Of a stretch of DNA of 64,000 bases, positions 37,153-46,567 are shown piece after piece (position 1 is the first letter of the stretch; each line of letters begins with the position of its first letter). A program made the translations under genes and the position numbers. Below the pieces are notes generated by a model. It was given only the letters and a program-made list of their open reading frames with translations. It searched no databases and had not been told where the DNA came from. Source of the stretch: Candidatus Latescibacterota bacterium (lineage in GTDB: Bacteria > Latescibacterota > UBA2968 > UBA8231); the NCBI GenBank assembly GCA_965223905.1, contig CBDCXV010000010.1, positions 1,152,001 to 1,216,000 on the forward strand, written 5' to 3'.

Positions 37153-37444
37153 CTACTCCAACTCCAGGGAGGCCTTGATTCTTCCCCAGGTCACGTCCCT
37201 TGCGGCGGTGTCTTCCATACTCCCGCCTGCCCCGACAAGCAGTCCTCCGGACCAGGTGCTTGAATCCCACTTTTCCTGGGTAAAAGCAGTAGGAGAAAGG
37301 GCGTACGCGCTTTTCGGCTCGTTATATATGCTGGGTTCGATATCTCCAAGGACCATTCCGAAGCGAATGAACTTCCCCGGGAAAAGGTCGGAAACCTCGC
37401 TTTCTTCCGGATTTCCCAGACGAAGCGGTTGAAAGCAGTGACAT
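37153..37444 (-). pseudogene. 3' fragment of a second WGRIK-family gene interrupted by the composite element
   Basis: VTAFNRFVW/(fs)/PEESEVSDLFPGK...EDTAARDVTWGRIKASLELE aligns with the paralog VTPFDRFLWADPKESVISDLYPGK. Confidence 0.8.
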
Positions 37445-37622
37445 GAACCTGTCTCAAATTATCTGAGCCGTATCAGAACCCACTCTTTCCTTCGTCGGTC
37501 AGATTTCAGGGGCAGAGCTTGGAAACCTGGCTCAAAACGGTCTGAGCAGAACCCGATCCTCGTCATTTTCACAGTAAACCGATCAGGTTATAGGGGCTCA
37601 TTCCCGATTTCGGGACAGGTTC
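37445..37622. mobile_element. MITE copy 1 (178 bp)
   Basis: GAACCTGTCTCAAA...TTTCGGGACAGGTTC; internal TIR-like AACCTGGCTCAAAA at 37524. Confidence 0.85.
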
Positions 37623-37672
37623 GAATCAGCAGGAGGCGGTTGCCCGGTTGGAAGAGGCGGACGCCGAGGCCG

Positions 37673-38854
37673 TCACGAGGACCCCCGGGCGCGCCACCAA
37701 CCCACCAGCACCTGGGCGGCCGGCAGCATGAAGGCGGCGTCGAGGGGCAGGCGGAAGCGGATGTGGGCGAAGAACAGGGCGTGGATGGCCGTCATGCTCA
37801 GCGCCAGCGAAGCGATGAGCCAGAAGGCGGGCTGGCCGGCCAGGCGGCTGAGGCCCCACAGCCCCAGGATCAGCACCGGGCCGCAGGAGAGCAGGGAAAC
37901 GGCCTGGCGCAGGGGGGATTCCCCTACTGCCATCGGGTTCCAGAAGTGGGCGGTTTTCAGCAGGGCCAGCCCCAGGCAGCGCAGTGGATCGGCCAGGCAG
38001 CCCTGCAACACCAGGCGGGTGCCCAGAAGCTCCTTGTCGAAGGGGTGAGCGGCCGCCGCGGTAAATTCCGCGAACAGGGCCCGGTAGTCGGTCCCCTCTC
38101 GGTAAAGACCGGTTGCTTCCGGTTCGTGGCCGATGAACAGGTTGATGCCGATGTTGGACGAAACGGGAATGAAGCGGCCTTCGAGAAGGGCATTGCGCCA
38201 GGTCCACGGAGCGATGACGAGGACCGCGGCAGCGGCGATCAGGCCTGTGTGCAGGGCTCCTGGATGGCCGCTCCTTTTGCACCTGCGCCAGGCGTCCCAC
38301 AAAAGCAGAGGCGCCCAGGCCAGGACCACGGCTTTGCACAGGGCGCCCAAGCCGAGGAGGAGGCCGATTAACGCCGCGCCAGCTGGCCTGGGAGCCTCGC
38401 CCCAGCGCAGGGTGGCCCACAGCACCGCGGTGATGAGGAAAACCAGCAAGGTCTCGCTCATCAGGGCGCCGGTAAAGAAGATGAAGAGGGGGTACAAGGC
38501 GGCCAGGGCCGCGGCGACCAGCCCGGTTTGGGTCCCGCCCAGGCGCCGGCCGCAGCCGTAGAGCAGGGCGCAGGTGGCGGTGCCCAGAAGGGCCTGCCAC
38601 AGGCGGGCGGCGGCCGCATCGTGGCCGTGCAGTTGGTAGACCCCGGCCAGCAGCAGGGGATAGAGCGGCGGCCGGTAGGGCTTGCCGTCAGGATGCAGCA
38701 GGCCCGCCAGCCAGAAGCTGCGGGCCAAGCTGTCCCAATGGCGCTCGTCAGTGGACGCGGACAGATCGCAGCGAGTCAGGCCGAAGCCGGCGCGCAGGAC
38801 CAGGGCGAGGATCAGGATCGCCAGAAGGGGGCCGCGGCTCCGTTCAGTTGGCAC
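37673..38854 (-). CDS. GT39/ArnT/PMT-like polytopic glycosyltransferase (GT-C)
   Basis: DE..W..LA, YRPPLYPLLLA, R.WQALLG, LMSETL, PWTWRN, G.NLFIG, RFRLP. Probable GTG start at 38854; the upstream in-frame extension reads through a MITE remnant. Confidence 0.8.
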   Translation of the reverse strand: MPTERSRGPLLAILILALVLRAGFGLTRCDLSASTDERHWDSLARSFWLAGLLHPDGKPYRPPLYPLLLAGVYQLHGHDAAAARLWQALLGTATCALLYGCGRRLGGTQTGLVAAALAALYPLFIFFTGALMSETLLVFLITAVLWATLRWGEAPRPAGAALIGLLLGLGALCKAVVLAWAPLLLWDAWRRCKRSGHPGALHTGLIAAAAVLVIAPWTWRNALLEGRFIPVSSNIGINLFIGHEPEATGLYREGTDYRALFAEFTAAAAHPFDKELLGTRLVLQGCLADPLRCLGLALLKTAHFWNPMAVGESPLRQAVSLLSCGPVLILGLWGLSRLAGQPAFWLIASLALSMTAIHALFFAHIRFRLPLDAAFMLPAAQVLVGWWRARGSS

Positions 38855-38864
38855 GTTTCTTTCA

Positions 38865-38902
38865 CGATCAGCTATATTTTCGTATTCCCGATTTTGAGAC
38901 AG
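38865..38902. repeat. Degenerate third copy of the MITE right end
   Basis: CGATCAG...ATTCCCGATTTTGAGACAG matches the 3' ends of both MITE copies. Confidence 0.65.
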
Positions 38903-39060
38903 TGTCCCGTCATTCGTCACTGTCAACTCTCCCACAAAAGATCCACTGCCGTCCCGGCACTTCAGCGCGCGACCGAATGGAATCGGAGAGATTCGTTGAG
39001 GTAGCGCCTGTCTGCGTGCGACGCACAGGCAGGCGACACCGGATTGGGCCCGCAGCCCGG

Positions 39061-42000
39061 ATGGAGGCAGCGCGAAACCTGCTCTTCAACCGGCTCCTAA
39101 TCCTTCTCATCCTGTCGCTCCCGGGTCCGGCCCGATCCGACCTTTTCCTCAACGAACTCCTGGCCTTGAACGTGACTGCCCACGCCGACGCCCGGGGCCA
39201 GTACGAGGATTGGATTGAAATCTACAACTCCGGGGACGCCGCGGTCGATCTGGCCCGTTATTCCATGATCGACGACTGGCCCGACAAAACCCCCTGGCGG
39301 ATCCCGGCCGGCCATGCCGACCGAACCACTGTACCGCCCCGGGGCTACCTCCTCCTGTACGCCGACGGCGAGCCTTCCGCTGGAGCCGACCACCTCCCTT
39401 TCCGCCTCAGTAAGAACGGAGAGCTCGTCGTCCTGATCGCCCCGGACGGCGCCACCCTTGTGGACAGCGTCTCCTTCCCCGTCCAGTTGCGCGATGTTTC
39501 CTACGGCCGTCCCTCCGGCCGCATCCGCCCGTGGGTCTATTTCCCCGAGCCCACCCCGGGGGACGCCAACGGCAGAGGTTGGGAAACCTTTGTTCCGCCC
39601 CCTGTCATCGAGGCGGAAAGCGGCCTGTTCGACGACGGCCCGGCCGTCTCCGTGCTGGCCGCGCGCCCGGGAGATCTGGTGCGCTATACCCTGGACGGAT
39701 CCGATCCGACCGCGTCCTCGGCCCGCTATGAAAAACCGATTGAGATCGCCCTGACGACCGTGCTCAAGGCCCGTTCCTTTGCCGAAGGCGCCTTGCCGAG
39801 CGCTGTGGTCGCCCGGGTCTTTCTGGTCGACGTCCGCCACACCCTGCCGATCCTGACCGTGCTCACCGATCCGGCCAATCTGCACGACCCCGACAGGGGA
39901 ATCCTCACAAACGACCAGCCCGGACGCGCCTGGGAGCGCTTTGTCGAGCTGGCCTTTTTCGAGGGGGGACGACTCGGATTCCAAGTGCCGGCCGGCCTGC
40001 GCCTGCAGGGCAATACCGGACCGAAGGAGTACCGGAAGAAATCCTTTCGCGCCTTTTTCCGCGGCGGTTACGGCGCCGCCGACCTGGAGTACTCTCTGTA
40101 CCCCAGGGACCGCGTAGACCAGTTCAACCGTCTGGTCCTGCGCTCGGGCTATGACGACAGTCTGGAACCGACCGAAAAATCGACCAACCGCGGGGGCACC
40201 CTGCTGCACGACCCACTGGCCGCGGAAATGTGGGGCCGCATCGGCGGCCTGACCCCGCAGAGCCGCTTTGCCGTGCTCTACCTCAATGCCGGTTTCACCG
40301 GCATTTACGACCTCAAGCAGAATATCGACGAGGATTTTGTCCAGGACCATCTCGGGTACGGACGACGTCGACCTGGTGCGCACCCGCTGGGACTCGACCG
40401 AGCTGGTCCACGGCGACAAGGAGAAGTGGGGACGAGATGATCCGCTTCTTCGCCGGCCACAGCCTTGTCGACGACGAGCTCGCCGCGGCCGGACGCCTGC
40501 TCGACCTCGACAACTTCATCGACCTGCAGGCTCTGGTACACGCCATTCACTACCGCAATTGGGCGTACGGGGTATGGGCATTCAGGGAAAAGGAGGCGGA
40601 CGGCAGATGGCAGTGGACGATCTGGGACGCGGACCGAACCTTTGACAATGTCGACTGGGACGGCTTCACGACCTTGTTCAACCCGCTCAACCGCGAACTG
40701 GACAGCCTGCCTCACCAAGCGCCTGCTCGACAACGAATCCTTCCGGATCAAGTACATCAACCGCTTTGCCGATCTGTTCAATACCACCTTTTCGGGCCCG
40801 GAAGTCCTAAGCCTCGTCGATTCGCTGGCGCGGATCATAGAGCCGGAAATCCCGGGGGAAATCGACCGCTGGGGCAACACCGTGGAGAAGTGGGAGGAGA
40901 ACGTCGAACTCCTCCGCACCTTTGCCGCCCAACGCCCCCGGGCCGTGCGCCGGCAAATGGAGGAGTTCTTCCAGCTCGAAGGGCAGGTTCAATTGACTGT
41001 CGATGTCGAAGGGGAAGGGGAGGTGCAGGTAAATACCGCACGACCGGGCGAGTTCCCCTGGTCGGGGGTGTACTTCCGCAATATTCCGCTGCCGGTGCGG
41101 GCCCGCGCGGCGCCGGGACACCGCTTTGCCGGTTGGTCCGATCCGCGACTACCGGCCCGTCCCGCCGTCACCTTGACTCCGACCGGGGACCGCGTCCTCA
41201 AAGCCTTCTTCACCCCCGGGGAGGAGCCCGTCATCGCCGCGGAGCTCATCGCCCCGCAAAGCGTCCCCGCGGGCCGGCATTTTCCCTTTGTCGTGCGCCT
41301 GCGCAACCCGGACGGCAGTATTGAGCCGACTGAGCAGACCCCGATGCAGGTCCGTTTTTCAGGCGCGCGCGCCGATACCGTCATCGCCATCAAACGCGGC
41401 GCCGGAACGGGCGTGGCGCGGATGGGAGAAAGCGGTTTCACCCTCGAGGTGGAAAACGAGGCCGTGGCGACCGCTTCCAGGGATATAGCGCTGTCGACTC
41501 GCCCGGTGCAGGTCCAGGCCGGCAGCTTGCCCGCCGGCGAGGTGATCTGGGACGCGGCGGTCGATCATCTGGTCAGCGGCGATATCGCGGTCCCGGAAGA
41601 CACCCATCTCATCCTGGAGGCGGGCGCCTGGGTCGCCGTGGGGGCGCGGGTCAACTTCATCATCGACGGCCGCGTCTCGGTCCGGGGCACGGCCGCGGCC
41701 CCGGTGGTCCTCACCGCGGCCGACTGGCCCGAGCCCTGGGGGGGGATGGAATTCACCGAGGCCGAGGCCGACTTCCAGTACTGCATGGTGCTCAACGGCG
41801 GCGGCGACGACACCCGAGGGCTGTGGCACACCGGCCGGCAGCACATCTTTTTCGGCAAGGTCAATTCCACCTTCCATTTCGACCAGTGCTTCTACCTCAA
41901 CTCCCCGGGCAAGGTCTTCGGCACCTCCAATTCCGTCGCCTCGATCTCCAACTCCGTCTCCTCCTTCGTTCACCACGGCGGCGAATTTCTCCTGACCCTG

Positions 42001-43494
42001 CTGTCCTACCGCGACAGCCATTTCATGAACCTGCCCAACGACGACGGCCTGTACGAGCGCGACATCGACACCGACGGCCTGCACATCGATTTAGTCAGCG
42101 CTCGCTTCCCCCAGTACTCGGTAATCGACAACTGCTACTTTGTCACCGGCAAGGACGACGGCATCGACCACCGCGGCGCCCGCCTGCAGGTGTCAAACTG
42201 CTGGATCGAGGACTTTGCCCACGAGGGGATTGCCGCCTCTGGAGGGGATACTCTGCGCATTTTCAATACCCTGGTCCTCAACAACGACCAGGGCTTTGAA
42301 GCCGGGTACACAGAACGAGAATTCGACAGCGGGCCGCACGTTTTCATCGATCACTCGGTGGCCGTGGGCAATAATGTGGGCCTGCGCATTGGCGACGACT
42401 ACGACTGGGACGTCTGGACCTATAAGGACCGCATGACCGTGACCAATACCGTGCTCTACGACAACGCCGACAATATCCTCAACTTCGTCCACATCCTCGA
42501 CGGTCCCCTGGCCGGGGCCCTCGACATCTCGCATTCGCTGACCAACGACCCCGAATACGACGGGCGCAACGGCAATATCGCCGGGATACCGCGCTTCGAT
42601 GCCCGTTTCTATCTGCGGCCCGATTCCCCCGGCATTGCCGCCGGCCGGCACGGGGTGCCCCTGGGCCGGGGCGATCCCACCGCCTTGGAGCCGGTTGGCG
42701 TGGTGATCAACGAGGTGATGTACTCGGCGCCGGACAGCCTGGATACCGGCGACTGGATTGAGCTGTACAACCTGCTCGACAGCGACCAGGACCTGTCCGG
42801 CTGGCTGCTCAAGGACGACGACGACGACCACGTTTTCACGCTGCCCCCGGGCACACTCATCCCCGCGGGCGGGTACTGGGTGGTAAGCGCCGACACCGCC
42901 GCCTTCAGCGCCCACCACCCGGAGGTGGACAACCTGGTGGGCGAGATCCCCTTTGGCTTCGGCCGCAACGACCAGGTCCGCCTGTACTTCCCCTCGGGCG
43001 AAGTGGCCGACAGCCTGGCCTACAGGGAGATTGCCCCCTGGCCGGTGGCCGCGGCTCAGGGCTTCAGCCTGCGCTTGCTGGCCCCCCGCCTGGACAATGC
43101 GCGACCGGAGAACTGGGGCGCCTCTCACCAGTTAGGGGGCAGCCCCGGACGCCCCAACGATGACTCGGTGAGCGCGGTGCTCAATGCGGCCGCTGTCGCC
43201 GGGTCGCCGCGCCGGTTCGCCCTGGCGCAGAATTTTCCCAATCCCTTCAACCCCTTCACCCGCATCGAGTACACCCTGCCCCGTGCGGGCCGGGTCAGCC
43301 TTAGCGTCTTCAATCTGCTGGGCCAGAAAGTGGTCGATCTCGTTGACGACGAGCCCCAGGCCGCGGGCCGGTACGGCCTCGCCCTGAATGCCGGTCCCTG
43401 GTCGGGCGGCGTCTATTTCTACCGGCTCCGCCTCGACGATGGGACTGGCCTTCCCCCCCTGCAGCAGACCCGGAAAATGGTCCTGGCGAAGTAG
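39061..43494 (+). CDS. Large secreted multidomain protein (~1476 aa when joined): lamin-tail domain, Fn3-associated, CotH kinase, beta-helix, second lamin-tail domain, T9SS/FlgD-type CTD; three +1 frameshifts (~40360, ~40430, ~40710)
   Basis: LNE..A.N...DWIEIYN; VRYTLDGSDPT; G.RLQGN....KKSFR; LVLR; WD.D..F; INRFADL.NT.F; VINEVMY..DWIELYN; QNFPNPFNP.T.I.Y.LP...N.LGQ.V...GVYFYRL...RKM.L.K. Confidence 0.8.
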
Positions 43495-43511
43495 GGCGGC
43501 GCCCCAGGCTC

Positions 43512-45272
43512 ATGGCACTGTTGGCATTGGCCAAAGGTTTTTTCGAAACCGCTTCCCGAAAGCTCCCGTGTCCCCGTTCCGCTCCGTTCTCGCTGCTCGC
43601 CCTGCTGCCGACGGCCGTCCACGCCGTCGACTTCACCTCCTCCAACCTGCCCATTGTCGTCATCGACACCCGCGGCCAGACCATTCCCGACGAGCCCAAG
43701 ATCGACGCCTGGATGGGACTGATCGACAACGGTCCCGGGCGGCGCAACAGCCTGGGCGACCCCTTTGACGGCAGTGAGGGGCCCATCGCCATAGAGACGC
43801 GGGGCGCCAGCACCCAGGGGTTTCCCAAGAAATCCTACTCCCTTGAAACGCGGCAGCCCGACGGCGAAAACCGCAACGTCTCCCTCCTGGGGCTGCCGGT
43901 GGAGAACGACTGGATCCTCTACGGCCCCTACAGCGACAAATCGCTCCTGCGCAATGCCCTGGTCTACTGGATGGCCGCACAGATGGGGGCCTACGCCAGC
44001 CGCAGCCGCTTCTGCGAACTGGTCGTCAACCGCGATTACCGGGGGGTGTACGTGCTGCTGGAAAAGATCAAGCGCGACCGCAACCGGGTCGCCATCGCCC
44101 GGCTCGATCCCGACGAGCTGGCCGGCGACGATCTGACAGGCGGCTATATCATCCGGGTCGACCGCTATGTCGAGGGAGTCGACCGCGGCTGGTACTCATC
44201 CTACGCCTTCAGGGAAAACCGCCTGTTCTACCAGTTCTACTACCCGTCCGCGGACGACATAAAACCGGAGCAGGAAGCCTATATCCGCACCTACATCGAC
44301 AGCCTGGAGACCGCCCTGGCCCACTCCCGGGGGGACTATGACCGCTTTATCGATGCGGCATCCTTTGCCGACTATCTCATTGTCAACGAGGTGGTCAAAA
44401 ACGTTGACGCCTACCGTCTGAGCCTGTTCATGCACAAGGACAAGGACAGGGACAGCGCCGGCGGCAAGCTGACGATGGGGCCTGTGTGGGATTTCAACCT
44501 GGCCCTGGGCAATGTCAACTACAACGTCCATCCCAGCCTGGAGCTGCAAAGGCCCACGACCCACCGCTTGCAAATCGCCAACGCGGCCACCTGGTTTTCC
44601 GTTCCCTTCTGGTTCTGGTGGCGGCGCCTGCTCCAGGACGAGGCCTTCCTCGATACGCTGAAGGAGCGTTGGCACACTCATCGGAGAGGGGCTTTGCGAG
44701 GAGACAGACTGACGGCCCACGTAGACAGCCTGGCCCGAAGCCTGCAAGAGGCCCAGGCGCGCAACTTTGAGCGCTGGCCCGTTCTGGGCCAGTACATCTT
44801 GCCCAACGATTTCATCGGCCAGACCTACGCCGAGGAGGTCGCCTATCTCAAACGATGGTTGGACGAGCGGCTCAGCTATCTCGACGACTACTTTATGGCC
44901 GAGGCGCGCCGGGTGGCCGATGTGGCGGCCGATGATTTATTGCTCTTGAAAGAGCCCGATACGGCCGTTGCCCCATCCCCCCTGGGCCATCCCGCCCTCT
45001 TGGCCTTGTCCGCAAGTTTCCCCAACCCCTTCAACGGCAGCGCCGCCATCCGGTTTACCCTGCCCGGGGCTGTCGACATGGACCTGTCCATCTACAGTAT
45101 GGCCGGGCAACGAGTCGCGACGCTGGCCAGCGGGCTCCACCCCGGGGGAACGCATACTGTGCGCTGGCACGGCCGGGATGACGAGGGCGGCGAAGTTGCT
45201 TCGGGGGTGTACCTGTACCAGCTGAGGATGGGGAGTTTGTCGGTGGCGCGGAAACTCGCTCTGGTGCGCTGA
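43512..45272 (+). CDS. Secreted CotH-family kinase with a FlgD-Ig/T9SS-type CTD
   Basis: SNLPIVVIDT, IETRGAS....PKKSY..E, DWILYGPYSDKSLLRN, Y.GVY.L.EKIK, N.DAYRLS, GPVWDFNLALGN, FPNPFN...W.GRD..G..VASGVY.Y. Confidence 0.9.
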   Translation: MALLALAKGFFETASRKLPCPRSAPFSLLALLPTAVHAVDFTSSNLPIVVIDTRGQTIPDEPKIDAWMGLIDNGPGRRNSLGDPFDGSEGPIAIETRGASTQGFPKKSYSLETRQPDGENRNVSLLGLPVENDWILYGPYSDKSLLRNALVYWMAAQMGAYASRSRFCELVVNRDYRGVYVLLEKIKRDRNRVAIARLDPDELAGDDLTGGYIIRVDRYVEGVDRGWYSSYAFRENRLFYQFYYPSADDIKPEQEAYIRTYIDSLETALAHSRGDYDRFIDAASFADYLIVNEVVKNVDAYRLSLFMHKDKDRDSAGGKLTMGPVWDFNLALGNVNYNVHPSLELQRPTTHRLQIANAATWFSVPFWFWWRRLLQDEAFLDTLKERWHTHRRGALRGDRLTAHVDSLARSLQEAQARNFERWPVLGQYILPNDFIGQTYAEEVAYLKRWLDERLSYLDDYFMAEARRVADVAADDLLLLKEPDTAVAPSPLGHPALLALSASFPNPFNGSAAIRFTLPGAVDMDLSIYSMAGQRVATLASGLHPGGTHTVRWHGRDDEGGEVASGVYLYQLRMGSLSVARKLALVR

Positions 45273-45443
45273 TCCTATCTCAAATTGTCTGCGAAGTTAT
45301 CAGAATCCACTGTTCGTCGGTCAGATTCCATGGGCAGAGCGTGGAAACCTGTCTCAAAACGGTCTAAGCAGAACGGATCCTCGTCATTTCCACAGTAAAC
45401 TGACCAAAATATATGGGCTCATTCTCGATTTTGAGACAGGTTC
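45271..45443. mobile_element. MITE copy 2 (173 bp)
   Basis: GATCCTATCTCAAA...TTTTGAGACAGGTTC; colinear with copy 1; internal AACCTGTCTCAAAA at 45346. Confidence 0.85.
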
Positions 45444-45676
45444 ATAAACTCGACTGCACAGATTGCCGGCTGCTCGCTCACGCAGCCTTCCCCGCCATCC
45501 GCATAGGGCGGATCCAGCCAGTCGAATACCGTCCCATCCCTGAGATCCAGTCGCGCAACGTCCTCGTCGGAAAGTTCCGTTAAGGGATACACGCGGTCCG
45601 TACTTGAGGGCTGCCGGGGTCGGGTTTGCATCAGTACGGCAGATGTCGCCATGGCGACTGTGAGCAAGCTCTTCAT
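45444..45676 (-). pseudogene. 5' fragment of the WGRIK-family gene split by the composite element
   Basis: MKSLL...DRVYPLTELSDE..ARLDLRDG.V.DW..PYADGG.G.V..QP.I..VEF matches the paralog at 36153-37051 and ends exactly at the TIR. Confidence 0.8.
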
Positions 45677-45786
45677 TGTTCCATTGCTTTCTTGAAAATG
45701 GATCGCGGCGGACCTGCAAGGGAGCGCGGTCCATACCATTGTTCATTCCCTGATCGTCCGATCTGCAGGGCGTCTCGATCCGGACA

Positions 45787-46539
45787 CTATAGAGCGGACT
45801 CGGCGCGCGCGATGAAATCCCTGGCACCGGCCGCCAGCCAGGCGCCCACCGAGGTCAGGACCACCCGCGCGCCGCGGCCGACGTAGTCCTCCACCTGGTC
45901 GTTGGAGGTGGTGAAGCCGGCGACCCGCCCGGCGGCGTTGATGCGCGCGAGGGCGTCGGTGATCGTATCCTGGACCTCCGGATGCGCGGTGTCGGCGTTA
46001 TGCCCCATCGACTGGGCGAGGTCCGTGGGGGCTACGAAGAAGACGTCGATGTGATCGACCGTGAGGATCTCGTCGAGATTCCCGATCGCCTTGATGTCCT
46101 CGATCAGCACGATGAGCAGCGACTGTTCGTTGGCCTTCTCGAAGAAGTTCTCGACCCCGAATCCCTGACGACTGGTGTACATGCCGCGCTTGCCGGCCGG
46201 CGCGAACTTGCCGCCGTCGACGACGTTCTGCGCCTCCTCCCTGGTGTCGACGTGGGGTACGCATATGCCGGTGGCGCCGCAATCCAGGGTGCGGTAGATC
46301 AGCGCCTGGTCGTTCCTGTTGACGCGCACCACCGAGGTCATCCCCCAGATGTCGCAGGCGCGCGTCAGGTCGCCGAGCCGGGAGGCGTCGGCGGAGCCGT
46401 GTTCCCCCTCGAGCCAGACGCCGTCGAAGCCGTTGGGGCCGAAGGCGTCGATGCCGTCGGGGTCGGAGATGCCGCTGACGATGCAGGCGACGCCCCCGTC
46501 GGCGAGCTTCTGCTTGATCCGGTTGGGTCTGATGTTCAT
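45787..46539 (-). CDS. HpcH/HpaI-family aldolase
   Basis: FDGVWLEGEHG, VVRV, LDCGA.GI.VPHV, G.RG, IEDI.AI.NLDEI, FVAPTDLAQSMG. Confidence 0.9.
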   Translation of the reverse strand: MNIRPNRIKQKLADGGVACIVSGISDPDGIDAFGPNGFDGVWLEGEHGSADASRLGDLTRACDIWGMTSVVRVNRNDQALIYRTLDCGATGICVPHVDTREEAQNVVDGGKFAPAGKRGMYTSRQGFGVENFFEKANEQSLLIVLIEDIKAIGNLDEILTVDHIDVFFVAPTDLAQSMGHNADTAHPEVQDTITDALARINAAGRVAGFTTSNDQVEDYVGRGARVVLTSVGAWLAAGARDFIARAESAL

Positions 46540-46567
46540 CTCGTTTTTCTCCCGGTAATGGTGGTTT

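Larger units (their letters stand above)
37445..45443. mobile_element. Non-autonomous MITE-flanked composite transposon (7999 bp)
   Basis: Directly repeated ~175-bp elements at both ends. Perfect outer 14-bp TIR GAACCTGTCTCAAA / TTTGAGACAGGTTC, AT on both flanks, interrupts a gene, no transposase inside. Confidence 0.85.

Noticed and set aside
40355-40715. Programmed ribosomal frameshifting
   Set aside because: No slippery heptamers or stimulatory structures; three successive shifts are implausible.
37445-45443. Transposase or integrase within the element, or an integron cassette array
   Set aside because: No DDE, HUH or tyrosine-recombinase ORF. The repeats have IS-like TIRs rather than attC GTTRRRY architecture.
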